Source: Octopus vulgaris (Eukaryota). Taken from it: a stretch of 64,000 nt of DNA. Below are positions 1-12,421 of this stretch, piece after piece (within the stretch, counting starts at the first letter, position 1; each line of letters starts with the position of its first letter). Under the pieces are notes generated by a model. It worked only from the letters and a program-made list of their open reading frames with translations, had not been told where the DNA came from and ran no database searches. Where the stretch lies: positions 31,186,001 to 31,250,000 of the forward strand of contig OX597820.1 in the NCBI GenBank assembly GCA_951406725.2, in the 5' to 3' direction. The position numbers and the translations under genes were made by a program.

Positions 1-550
1 CAAGGTTGACTATTTTAGCTTTTGCCTCTTCACATGCACTCACATGCAGTGAAGGTGTATACTCTGAGTTTGTCTTCCCTCTGTATGACTGTTGAATCCA
101 GACTGCCCACCTAGATATATTACCAGACTATCTGTTGAACTGCTTTCTCCTGGAGACATGCTTTAACTAAAAATGAAGTGTCTCACTCCTAGCAGTCTTA
201 CTGCATTCAGGACACTAAACCTGTGTATTATGCTATGACTTAGAGTGAACATTATATATAAATTTGAACTATATACCTGACCACTGACGTTGGTGTTTTT
301 GTGTTCATGCTAGAATTTATCTTTTTGAAAGTGGGATAATGAAGTTCAGTGTTGACTCTGGTGGATTTGACTCAAAGATACAAAGATGAGACAAGAGGAA
401 ATGAGGTGGGAGAGGATATGAGACAGGACAAGGTGGGAGGGGATATAAGACAGGGTGAGACAGGACAGAGTGGGAGAGGATGAGGGAAAGAGAGGGAGGG
501 GATAGGATATGAGATGAGACAGGATAGGAGTGGATATGAGACGGGGCAGG

Positions 551-1025
551 GTGGGAGGGGATGCAAGATGGGACAAAGCGGGAGGGGATGCAAGATGGGA
601 CAAAGCGGGAGGGGATGCAAGATGGGACAAAGCGGGAGGGGATGCAAGATGGGACAAAGCGGGAGGGGATGCAAGATGGGACAAAGCGGGAGGGGATGCA
701 AGATGGGACAAAGCAGGAGGGGATGCAAGATGGGACAAAGCGGTAGGGGATGCAAGATGGGACAAAGCGGGAGGGGATGCAAGATGGGACAAGGCGGGAG
801 GGGATGCAAGATGGGACAAAGCGGGAGGGGATGCAAGATGGGACAAAGCGGGAGGGGATGCAAGATGGGACAAAGCGGGAGGGGATGCAAGATGGGACAA
901 AGCGGGAGGGGATGCAAGATGGGACAAAGCGGGAGGGGATGCAAGATGGAACAAGGTGGGAGGGGATACAAAATGGAAGAAGGCAGGAGGGAATACAAAA
1001 TGGAACAAGGTGGGAGGGGATACAG
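551..1025. repeat. 27-bp purine-rich minisatellite (ATGCAAGATGGGACAAAGCGGGAGGGG)n, ~15 near-identical copies plus degenerate flanking units
   Basis: ATGCAAGATG recurs every 27 bp from 561 to 939, with degenerate units at 966 and 993. This explains the GGDARWDKA/SCIPSRFVP repeat ORFs. Confidence 0.95.
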
Positions 1026-1149
1026 GTGTGAAATGGGATGAGGAAGAAGGGGACATGGGACAAGACAAAGGAGGAGGGGAAACTGGACAGGACGAGGTGA
1101 AGCGGGAGGGGATACGGGGGAAAGGATGAAGCAAGACAAGATGGGATGG

Positions 1150-1300
1150 ATGAGACGGGACGGGTGAGGAGACGGGACGAGCAAGGAGACGGGACGGATG
1201 AGGAGACGGGACGGGCGAGGAGACGGGACGGGTGAGGAAACGAGACGGGCGAAGAGACGAGACAAGAGTGGAGACAAGACTGGAGAGGAGACAAAACCAG
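1150..1300. repeat. 17-bp tandem repeat (GGAGACGGGACGGGTGA)n, degenerate
   Basis: GAGACGGGAC recurs at ~17-bp spacing and decays rightwards. Confidence 0.8.
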
Positions 1301-1807
1301 ACAAAAGCAGAAAGAAAACAAGACAAAAATAAAAGTCAAGAAAGAATAAAGCTGTGCTATAACCAAATACTAAGACAATTGAATTACAAAGTGAGTCTAT
1401 AAATGACACAAAGACATCTTCTTCAGACTTCATTATTTTTACTGCTGCCACCCAGCCCACCCTAGGACCCAATTACCAATTCTAATAACATCCACCCCAT
1501 TCACAAACATGCACTGTCAAAGTATCAAAGTTATCATTTCATTTTCCTTATTTGTTATCTTGTTTTTGTATTATCTCTCTTTTCAAAATCTTTATTTCAT
1601 AAAAAAATAATTAAGGTATAAAATTAGCAGCACTTTATGACATTTGCTTTTCTTTTCTTTTTTTTTTTTTTTTTTGCTTTTAGATTTCCTAAATCAATTC
1701 ACCACGGAAAGAATTGCAAAGAATCGACAAGGAAATTAGCATGATCGTTTACATTATTATACAACGAATGAACAAATGAATAAAAAAAAAAAAATGAACG
1801 AGCGAAT

Positions 1808-1842
1808 GAGAGACAGAAAGACAAAGAGAATGAGAGAGAGAG

Positions 1843-1873
<31 letters not shown>

Positions 1874-2116
1874 ATGAGAGAGAAAGAGAGAAAGAAAGAG
1901 AGAGAGAAAGAGAGAAAGAAAGAGAGAAAGAAAGAGAGAAAGAAAGAGAGAAAGAGAGAGAGAGAGAGAGAAAGAGAGAGAAAGAGAGAGAAAGAGAGAG
2001 AAAGAAAGAGAGAAAGAAAGAGAGAAAGAAAGAGAGAAAGAAAGAGAGAAAGAAAGAGAGAAAGAGAGAAAGAGAGAAAGAGAGAAAGAGAGAAAGAGAA
2101 AGAAAGAAAGAAAGAG

Positions 2117-2207
<91 letters not shown>
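1808..2207. repeat. Compound (AG)n/(AAAG)n microsatellite
   Basis: Almost pure A/G tract of ~400 bp. Confidence 0.95.
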
Positions 2208-2208
<1 letters not shown>

Positions 2209-2476
2209 CCTCAAATGGTAGTAAATTTAATTGGCAGACAATTTTTTCCTTTTTTTTTTTTAGCACAATTACATTATGATCTAATTTTGTCCAATTACTT
2301 TAGAATATTCACACCTTGGATGGAATTGACAATTTAACTCTCGATATAGTGGAATGTCACCAGTTACACAAGTAATACAGTTTGTAATTAAATAGGAATA
2401 TACCAAATGACTACTACTACTACTACTACTACTGATAACCAACTAAGCTTGATGATAATAATGATCCAAGAGTTCA

Positions 2477-2704
2477 TTAGCCTTTTTGATACCAACCCTC
2501 CTGAGACAGTCCCTGGACTTATGTTACAAACTTCCTGCTTTAATATGATCTAAATTAAAACCTTCCATCAAAATTTTGTGTTGATTTGTGTTTCAAACAT
2601 CAGCTTAATAATAATGACAAGTTATTTAACTAAAACTTTCATTGTTTCCAAAATTAGGCAGTATATTTGTATGTTTCATGAGAAATATGGTAACAAATAG
2701 GTTA
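2477..2704 (+). mobile_element. piggyBac-like MITE, family 1 (other copies ~6908-7147 -, 29685-30366 - interrupted, 32325-32500, 45205-45485, 53220-53420, 63315-63962 interrupted)
   Basis: Dispersed ~230-bp repeat with decayed TTAA-CCCTTT...AAAGGG-TTAA termini and a shared internal ATCTAAATTAAAACCTTCCATCAAAA motif. Confidence 0.65.
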
Positions 2705-2940
2705 GAAGAGAAAGAGAGAGATGTATAGAATTTATGTGTGAGGAAGATCTTAGAGAGCTTAGTACCAAAGTCTGATTGTGAAAGCTCTGCAAATCATTAA
2801 ACTGGATAATGGTGCCAAAAACTATCAAATCAATTCAAAGTTGTGACTAGAATTGACAATTATTTGAATCTCTTGTGCCCAGTCAGGGGTGTCACATCTA
2901 TTTAGTTTTTCTGAAACCTCACTCAACAATAAACTCAATA

Positions 2941-3190
2941 TCCATCCATCCGTCTTCTCCCAATGACTATTCCTGGGAGGGCTGTCAGAGTAGGGTTCTC
3001 AGGCCCTCCTTCATCGATCCTATAAGAAACGACCATCATTAAACTTTCTGGCTGGATTCCCAAGAGCGACCAACTGAGCCTATGAATATTATCCAACCAT
3101 CTCGTTCTTGTTCTATCCCTAGGCCTCCTGCCAGTTGGCTAAGCTTGAAGAGTCCAGCCTGCAATTCTTTCCTACAAGATTCTTATCCTA
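2941..3190 (-). mobile_element. RTE-clade LINE 3' fragment
   Basis: Reverse-complement homolog of the 14400-14620 segment (RWLDNI...SWS region) ending in an (ATGG)n tail. Confidence 0.7.
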
Positions 3191-3727
3191 GAGCACACAA
3201 CCATTATAAACTCTATATTGTTTGAAAATAGTAACTAAACGATTTTCAAGACCAGAACACATAAGTACTTAGATTTCTTTAGATTATTTTCATTGCCAAT
3301 ACATACTGCACATCCAAATGAGAATCAACCAACATAATCAGTTATGCCTTTATGACAATATAACAACATTGATATGATTATAATGTATGATAGTTCAAAA
3401 ATAGTTAAACCATTATGACAACATGATTACAGTTAAAAACATTATAGTATATTGCCATACAATTAGTCATACTAATATAGTATATAGCATGATAATTATA
3501 GCTAAACCAGAATAGTAAATGAGTATATAATTACATTTCTACCATTATAGTATAGGACAATGTAATCATGGTTATATGAATATAGTTCATGACAATTATA
3601 TTCTCCTAGAGGGAGTGTTTGTCTTCGAATTACATAGATAATCTTGGTTAGTCAAAGTTTTTTTGACTTACTATATTACATATAGTAAGTATGAGACAAT
3701 ATATTACATATATGAGACAATAAATTA

Positions 3728-4213
3728 CAGTTTCCATCTACCAAATCCACTCACAAGGCATTGGTCGGCCCGGGGCTATAGCAGAAGACACTTGCCCAAG
3801 ATGCCACGCAGTGGGACTGAACCCGGAACCATGTGGTAAGTAGCTTGCTAACCAACCACATGGTTCCGGGTTCAGTCCCACTGCGTGGCATCTTGGGCAA
3901 GTGTCTTCTGCTATAGCCCCGGGCCGACCAATGCCTTGTGAGTGGATTTGGTAGACGGAAACTGAAAGAAGCCTGTCGTATATATGTATATATATATATG
4001 TGTGCGTGTGTGTTTGTGTTTGTCCCCCTAGCATTGCTTGACAACCGATGCTGGTGTGTTTACGTCCCCGTCACTTAGCGGTTCGGTAAAAGATACCAAT
4101 AGAATAAGTACTGGGCTTACAAAGAATAAGTCCCGGGGTCGATTTGCTTGACTAAAGGCGATGCTCCAGCATGGCCGCAGTCAAATGACTGAAAAGAGTA
4201 AAAGAGTAAAGAG
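3728..4213 (+). mobile_element. Young tRNA-derived SINE (family A) with an inverted 110-bp duplication of its 5' part
   Basis: A/B-box-like head (GTGGTAAG...GGTTCAGTCCC), CORE-like CTTGGGCAAGTG and tail CAGTCAAATGACTGAAA. 3728-3837 is the reverse complement of 3855-3964. Confidence 0.9.
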
Positions 4214-4216
4214 TAT

Positions 4217-4428
4217 AAGTTCACAACCATCAATTCACTGTAGGGAAAGTTCACTGCCATCAATTCACTATGAGAAGTTCACCACGAGGAAAGTTTATCA
4301 AGAAAATATATCAATAGTATCACATCATTAATAGTTAAGAACTATTTTATTGCAAAAAAAAAAAATTGTTAACTGATGATGGTGAACTTTCCCTGCAGTG
4401 AATTGATCATGGTGAACTTACTGACCAT
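4217..4428. mobile_element. Small MITE-like element with ~40-bp imperfect inverted ends and internal AAGTTCAC repeats
   Basis: TAAGTTCACAACCATCAATTCACTGTAGGGAAAGTTCAC pairs with GTGAACTTTCCCTGCAGTGAATTGATCATGGTGAACTTA. Confidence 0.5.
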
Positions 4429-5899
4429 GTGATAATATCGTATGTGTATTTAACATGCAGACTGTTCACCTGACCTATTTTGTCTCTAGCTTTATTGATG
4501 TTGTTTTACATGATCAATATTCCTATATTCCTGCTATTTTCATATATAATGGTCACTTCTATGTCAAGCTGAAGAAGTTCCATTGATGAGATCTAACAAG
4601 ATTGAAACATGTCCTTTACGTTCATCACTTGATTTTAAACACAAGATCAATTCTTTCTACATTATTTTACAGAAAATTTAAATCAGCTGATATCAATGAA
4701 GTTGTCTCCATTGCACACTATTTTTAGAATTTAAACATCATCTAGAGGGAGTATTACATATGTGAACAGATCAATCATCAAGGGCTTTCCAGCTGTGATT
4801 ATCCCATCTTTTTGTAAATCCATGACTACATGATTCAGATTTATCTTCCCATTTTAAAGGCAGCAGAATGTGATTTTTGACAGATTCGGCTGCTCTTTCT
4901 AGCAGTTCACAGAACAGCAACAACATAAGCTTTCACACTGACTTGGATTTGTGTGTATATCATCACCAAAAGTGATGAAAAAAAGGGGTAAAAATGATTT
5001 CTTTAGAAAAAGAGAGAAGAAGCCTGTTGTTTAAGTTAATTACAACTCCATAATATTTTTTTTTTCATTAATGTACTCAGTAACAGTCCACAACCTTATA
5101 ATCACCACCACCACCACTGCCTTCCATTCAATTTCAACCCCAAGGAATAAAAAAAATATATTTAAAAATATCTAGGTAAAACTGAACTGTTCCTCCCCAT
5201 CACTGATATATTAGCTATGGACTCGGAAAAAAAGAAAATAAAACCTAACAACTTGACATGGAAAACATTCAATTTTAAAATAATATATATGTATTTTGAA
5301 AATTTTTAAAAAAATTTATTTTCATTTATTAAAAAAAAATTTTAAAAACAATAACACACACACACACACACACTAAAAAAAAAAACACCATGACAGATTA
5401 GCTGTGTATTAGATCAGCAGGGTGTCAGGAAATCTAGCAAGTGCATTTTCGAACAAGTAACAGTGCAGTCGTCAATTTCCTGTGCAGCTAACTTCTAGAA
5501 TCTTCTGTTGCATGCAAATATCGGTTGATTTGTCAATTTTTCCTCCTCTTTCTCCTTCATCCTTCTAGTTTTCTATAACAGTTTTATAAACCATTAAACT
5601 CAGCTTTTCTTACAAAATACTATTCAATAGCAAAAAGATAATGATAACGACGACAATAACAGCTATTTCGTAAATTCCTCATCGGTTTCCATAATCCATG
5701 GGAAATGTCAGAAGAGAGTATGAAGACTGTTTGAACAAGCAAATGGAATCTAGTTTGGATATGGCTGTAAAATACCAAGAAGAGTTGCTCTCGTCTTCAG
5801 TTGAAAGGCTAAAAGAATAAGCAAATGCATTCAGTCACCAACACTATGCTGTTGTTCCTGGTATAAGCACTAATAAATATGTTGAGTCAGCAAAAAGTA

Positions 5900-6303
5900 A
5901 CAAGCTGGCAGAATCATTAGAACATCAGGCAAAGTGCTTAACAGCATTTTATCTGTTTTTACGTTCTGAGTTCAAATTCCACCAAGTTCAATTTTGCCTC
6001 TCATCCTTTCTGGGTTGATAAAATAAGTATCAGTTGAACACAGGGGTTGATGTAATCAACTTAACCCTTCCACCAAAATTGCTGGCCTTGTGCCAAAATT
6101 TGAAACCAAAATGTTGAGCCAGCAAAAGGCAGTGAGCTGGCAGAATCATTAGCACATTGGGAAAAGTACTTAGCGGCAATACACCTGTCTTTATGTTCTG
6201 AGTTCAAATTCCACCAAAGTCATCTTTGCATTTCATCCTTTCAGGGGTCCAATATAACTGACTTACTCCTTCCCTTGAAATTGCTGCCTTGTGCCAAAAT
6301 TTG
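5900..6303 (+). mobile_element. Two tandem copies of SINE family B (Nin/Deu-domain-like)
   Basis: Head GAGCTGGCAGAATCATTAG, B-box GAGTTCAAATTCC, core TCATCCTTTC..GGG..GATAAAATAAGTA and tail GCCTTGTGCCAAAATTTGA. Confidence 0.8.
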
Positions 6304-6324
6304 AGTCGGTAAAAGAATCTCTGG

Positions 6325-6683
6325 ATGCAGACACAATAGTGTGGTTAAGCAACTCACTTTGCAGTCATATGGTTTTGTGTTCAGTCCCACTGTGCAGCAC
6401 CAGGTGCGAGTGTCTACTACAGCTCTGAGCTGACCAATGCCTTGAGTGAATTTATTTGACAGAAACTGTGTGGAAGCCTGTCGTGTGTGTGCACATGTTT
6501 GTGTGTGTGGTTGATACTGCTTGACAACTGGTATTGGTTTGTTTAGTTGTTCAGCAAGAAATTGATAGAAAAGGTACTAAACTTAAAAAAAAAAAGTACT
6601 GGTGATCAGTATGATCAACTGATCAATATCTTCAAAGCAATAATCCAGCATGGCTGAAGTTCAATGACTGAAACAAGTAAAAG
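6325..6683 (+). mobile_element. SINE family A, old CpG-decayed copy
   Basis: Colinear with the 3835-4213 copy, with many TG/CA transitions. Confidence 0.8.
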
Positions 6684-6685
6684 AT

Positions 6686-6870
6686 GGTCACTCGACCCTG
6701 CTAGAAATAGCAGCCAAATATCCTTCACCACACATGATACAGTCTTCAAAAAAGAAGGACACACTGGTTAATGTAATCCCAGATAAACTGTGCAGAAAGT
6801 GGATGAAACAAGGATGGATGGTTGTAGTTGTAATGCTTTTGATCAATAGGTGTGCTTCATCAATGCTGAC
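6686..6870 (+). mobile_element. Abundant dispersed repeat family E (CTGCTAGAAATAGCAGCCAAAT...TTTGATC..AGGTCTGCT..ATCA, (AAC)n end); many copies, e.g. ~8680-8990, 23310-23510, 32695-32880, 44045-44200, 52420-52570, 56540-56830
   Basis: The same motifs recur on both strands across the window; the class is not determined. Confidence 0.6.
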
Positions 6871-9332
6871 AAGGCACTACATGACAAAGATAACAGCTAA
6901 CACCAATGCTAACCCTTCTGTAACCATATTTCTATCGAAAAAAAACAAAAAACATTACCTTTGTTTTATTTATAAATTTCGAAAATATCAAAGAATCGAC
7001 TGAAATAACTCCTTATTAAGCTGATTTTTAGAGCATAAATTAGCACAAAATTTTGGTGGAAGGTTTTAATTCAGGTCACTTTAAAACAAGAAGTTTGTAT
7101 TATAGAACCAAGATCAATCTCAGGTAGGTTGGTATCAAAAGGATTAATGGCCTAGGGCAGTAACTGCCAGTAAATTAAGTGCCATGTGGAAGTGCAGCTC
7201 AGTTTTCAATACAGCAAGAGCATTGTTCAACTGGCGAATGCATTGCTAGTTTGCAGTGCTGAGCTCAAATCCAGCAATGAAGAGGTGGATGAACAACCCA
7301 AGACATATGACAAACATCAAAGGAGTTTGATTTTTCTAGAACAAAATTTGCCATGTTATTAAAGCAATCAGCCGGAATAAAAAAAATGTTTGCAACCAGA
7401 TATTTATTTAATCCAACAAGTGGTTGAGTTACAAAAAAACGCACACACAAAAGGTACTGCAGAATTTAGCTCTCCTTTTCAGATCTGGTGTTAAGCTACA
7501 GGTTTACAGTATGGAGCAAATGACGGATAAAGCCTTCTCTTATTATCACCATCACCTTCATCATCATTTTAAAAGTCTACTTTTCCTTGCTTGTATGAGT
7601 CAGATGGAATTTTGCTTGGGTAGATTTTCTACAGCCTTCTTGTTGCCAGCCCTCACCTATTTCTGAGTAAGGTGTTATTTTCCCATGGTCAGACATGTTT
7701 TACACAAAAGTCTGGGAACAAAAAGCATCACTTGTATAACCAGCATGTGATGTTGAGACAGGTACACAAACAAACAACAGGCTTCTTTCAACTTCCATCA
7801 AGGCTTTGATCAGCCCACAACTATAGCAGAAGACACTTGTCCAATGTGCTGTGGAGTGAGGACTGAATTTGAAACTACATGGTCAGGAAGCAAACTTCTT
7901 ATCACATAGCCATGTATGTAGCTATGCAATTAAGAACTAACATGCATATAATATTAGTTTATAAGAAGCAAGATTCCCAGATGAACAGGTACCTATCACA
8001 ACAGCTTAGTGAACTGTGGCAATGTTTGTACCCATTCCCAAGAGGTAAGAAGGCAAGTAGTCTAGTTGTTAGGCAACTGAGCTCTTAATCATTAGACTGT
8101 GGGTTTAATTCCTACCCTGAAAGGCATATTGTACAATTGGGCAGGGTACTTTACTTCACATTGTTCCAGTTCATTCAACTGGCAAGAATATGATTATTAA
8201 AACTGACGGTCCCAGGAAGTGTCAAAGTTAGCATGGAAATATTAATAAGCCAGCAGTCATACCAAGAATTCCATCAGTCATGAAGAGGGACATAACCATC
8301 ATGAACTGATGCATCCTAACTTTGCATGTTACCCTCTTTTACCCAATAGCTTAGTGAACTGTGGGATTGTAGAATCAATGTAGAACTCAGTATTTTCCAG
8401 ATGATAGGATAATTACTCCCAACCACTAGTGAACTGATTGGTAGATTTTGATTAAATATTTTCACATTAATATGGTACCTTTTACCAACAGCTGAATAGA
8501 CTGTAGTGATGTAGACTAAAAGAGTTCTGTCTAGAAATTCCATGACACAGCAGCAGTAGGTTTGAATCTATGGCTCTCAAGCATATATTCCTACATCTCA
8601 TAAACTTGGCCATCTGACAACAACTAAGTAAGGATTATATAATCAAATACTACAAAGACTATGCTATCCAGGGTGTACTTCCTGGATAACATGTGATTTG
8701 GGAGAAGATATAGTCACTATTTCTAGTACCTCATGTGACATAAAATGACCTTCTCACTGACAAAAATGGTTGTTGTTTTGCCTAAAGTTGGCCTTGATTG
8801 AGCAAATTTATAATCAAAGACATTCAAACCATGACCATCTTGCTTGCTTTCCAGCAGAGTGTATCTTGGATTACATCATCTAATGTGTCCGGTTTTCTTT
8901 TTTAAAATAGCAAAGTATGATTTGAAGGAGATTTGGATGATCTTTCCAGCAGACCAAGGAACCATATACAGGCTTCCCCTGGCACATCTGGGGTAAATGG
9001 TAAATGCCATAAAGACAAGCACATGCAACTTATAGTGTGCATACTCAAGGTGGAATGCATTAAAAAACTTTGACACAGCAGGTCTCTTAAAATATTCACA
9101 AATGTTTTAACAGCTGCTCTGAACTATATACATATAGTTTTTATCTGTAAACAATTTTTCTTATTAAAAAATATATATTTTATGGTATATATTTTTAGTC
9201 TGTGTTATACTTCTGTAATAGTGGAAGAAATACTAAATAAGCCATAACAACTCTTTTATCCACCCTTCCACCCTAAGAGTCCAGTACTGCTGTTATCATT
9301 ATCATCATCATTAAAAACAACTACAATAATAA

Positions 9333-10815
9333 TTGTTTTAAATTTTAGCATTAGGCCAGCAATTTTTAGGGGAGGGAGCAAACCAAATACACTGACACCA
9401 GAACTTCACTGGTACTTTATTTTATTGACTCTGAAAGGAGGAAAAAGCAAATCTGACTTCAAGAGGAATTGAACCCAGAACATAAAGAGTCAGAAAAAAT
9501 GCTACTCATTGTTTTGTCCGACACAGTAATGATTTTGCTAGCTTGCTGTCTTTCTAATAATAATCCTTTTTATTAAAGGCACAAGGTCTGAAATGTTGGG
9601 CAAGGGGGCTAGTTGATTACACTGATCCAAGTGTTCAACTGGATTCAGAAAGGATGAATGACAAAGTTGACCTTGGCGGAATTTAAATATAGAACATAAA
9701 GAAGGATTAAATGCCACTAAGCATTTTGCCCAGTAAGCTAACGATTCTGCTGGCTAGTAGTAGTAGTAATAATAATAATAATAATAATAATAATCCTTTC
9801 TACTTAAGGCACAAGGCCTGAAATTTGGGCGGAGGGGGATAAGTCAATTACATTGACCCCAGTGTTTCACTGGTACCTAATTTATCAACCCCAAAAGGAT
9901 GAAAGACAAAACTGACTTTGGTGGAATTTAAACTCAGAGTGTAGTGGCAGACAAAATACTGTGCCTTAATAATGATTTCAAATTTTAGCAAAAAGCCAGC
10001 AAGTTTTGGGGAAGGAGTAAGTCGATTACATCAACCCCAGTCCTCAACTGGTACTTATTTTATTGACCCCGAAAGGATGAAAGGCAGAGTTGTCCTCGGC
10101 GGAATTTGAACTCAGATCATAACGACAGATGATACAGCTCAACATTTTGTCCGACGTGCTAACGAATGCCAGCTCATTTGCCTTAATAACAACAACAACT
10201 TTGGTATGAGATCAGCTATTTTGTTGGGAGGGAGTTTGTTGATTACAGCATTTGAATGGTACTTAATGGAAGAAAGGCAGTGGACCATAGCATGAACTGA
10301 TTTCGGAACGTACAAAGTTGGAAGAAATACTGTAAGGCATTTTGTCCAAGACTAATAAATCTGCCAGCAAGTTGCCTTAATAATAAGTTTCAAATTTTGG
10401 CACAAGACCAGCAATGTTAGGGAAGGGACAAGTCCACTACATCAACCCAGTGCTCAAATGGTACTTTATTTTATCAACCCCCAGAAGGATGAAAGCTAAA
10501 GTTGGCCCCAGAGGTATTAAAAGGCCAGAAGTCATGCTTCTAAGCAATTTTTCTGACATGCTCACCATTCTGCCACCTCACCACTTTAATAGTAGTAGTA
10601 GTAGTAATCCTTTCTAATATAGGCACAAGGCTATATTAACCCCTGTACTTGATTGATACTTAATTTATCAAACCCCAAAAGGATGAAAGGCAAAAATCGA
10701 CCTGAGTGGAATTTGAACTCAGAACGTAAAGACAGACGAAATACCCAATAAAATAAGTGCCAGTCCGGAAGTGGAACTGTCGGCATGCTAACAATTCTGC
10801 CAGTTCACAGCCTTA
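9333..10815 (-). mobile_element. Head-to-tail array of ~7 SINE family B copies
   Basis: Repeated AAAGGATGAAAGGCAAAGTTGACCTTGGCGGAATTTGAACTCAGAAC units, all in one orientation, separated by (AAT)n/(AGT)n tails. Confidence 0.85.
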
Positions 10816-11032
10816 ATAGTAGTAGTTCTAGTAGTAATAATAATAATGGACTGAAAATGCAATCCCCATATTACTGTGTGTAATGGGAAAAATTTTTTTT
10901 AAATGACTTAAGGAAATACGTAACCCAAACCTCATGTCTTACATATAAACAGAGAAAATAGTGCTACTAGACATTACGTTCATACAAAGAATACAATATT
11001 AGGCGCCAGACACACACACGAAAGTGCTTTTA

Positions 11033-11085
<53 letters not shown>

Positions 11086-12169
11086 TACAATGCTAGATAC
11101 TGCACATACTTATCTAGAATACAAAAAAAATTGCATAAGACAAAATAAAAAAAACAAAAAACAAAACGTTGCACCTACCCAATGCACATAATAAATAATA
11201 ATAAAGGTTATCTCTGCTAGCTCTAAATACTGAAATTACCATGGAATGCAAGAGGTAATCTTTTAAATTATCATCAATTTACCAACACACGTTTTAGCCA
11301 TAAGACCAATTTTGTTACAGAGAAGACAGATAATTGGCATAAACGATCTTACTATCTTCACAGATACCTATTTTATATTCTCCACCATTGCTAATACAAG
11401 TTGCAAAATATATCCTACCAGCGTTTGAACTCAGAACCTTGAAGCTTTGTGAAATATCTACTTAGGTGCTCTACAACATGCGCAAGTCCTGCAGCTAAAA
11501 TAATAATTGTTTCAATTATTATTATTATTATCATCATCATCATCATCATCATCGTTACAGCACAATTTTAGGGGAAGGAGGTGATTAATTTCATTGACTC
11601 CAGTATTTGACTATTATTATATTCTATCAATCCTTAAAGGATGAAAGGTAAAGGTGACCCCCCCCCCACACACACATGTTCTGAGTGCAAATTCTGCCAG
11701 GGTTGAGTTTTCCTTTCATCCTTTCGGGATCAATAAAATAAGTACCAATTGAGGACTGGGGGAGGTTTGGGGGAAGGGGGGTTCGATGTAATCGACTTAT
11801 CCCCTATCCCAAAATTGCTGACCTTGTGACAAAATTGGAAACCATTATTAGTAATAGGAGAGCTTATAACAGAGTTAATTAGTTTTAGTTGGCATAAGGC
11901 ATGCAGGATATCACATTCCAAACATTGCTTTCTATCTAAATAACAGAAACAGTGTTGTATCTTGAGGTTAAAGGCAAGACAAAAGAAACTGAAAGGAAGG
12001 AATGATCTTCAGATTGGAAAGCTAAGGAATGAGAGAGGTGGTGCAAGAGATGAGAGGCTATATATATAAATTCTAATATACAACTACATCTTGGATGGTA
12101 CTGCTCTGGTGTTGAAACCATAATAAAATCCATTCGGTAGCTGAAGATGGGATGTATATTCTTTCATTT

Positions 12170-12376
12170 TTTTACTTGCTTCAGTCATTTGACTGTGGCC
12201 ATGCTGGAGCAGCACCTTTAGTCAAATAAATTGATCCCAGGACTTATTCTTTGTAAGCCTAGTACTTATTCTATCAGTCTCTTTTGCCAAACTGCTAAGT
12301 TACAGGGACATAAACACACCAGCATCAGTTGTCAAGTGATGTTTGGGGGACAGACACAGACACACACATATATATA

Positions 12377-12421
<45 letters not shown>

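Noticed and set aside
551-965. CRISPR-like regular repeat
   Set aside because: Units are contiguous with no unique spacers, there are no cas genes, and the context is eukaryotic.
317-1472. Long overlapping ORFs (up to 366 aa) on both strands
   Set aside because: They result from a stop-free 27-bp tandem repeat and purine-rich flanks; several frames are open at once and there is no domain signature.
1697-2266. ORFs over the AG tract and a minus-strand donor-like GTG|GTGAAT at 1703
   Set aside because: The ORFs are microsatellite translations, and the donor has no convincing start or acceptor giving a sensible exon.
5698-5820. Plus-strand 40-aa ORF MGNVRREYEDCLNKQ...
   Set aside because: Short, no recognisable homology, and antisense to the host gene.
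7340-7420. Minus-strand 'ANIFF' resembling flippase exon 3 (ANxFFLFIALLQ)
   Set aside because: No TAKY or EQF motif upstream, the frame does not continue as LFIALLQ, and there are no suitable splice sites; probably chance.
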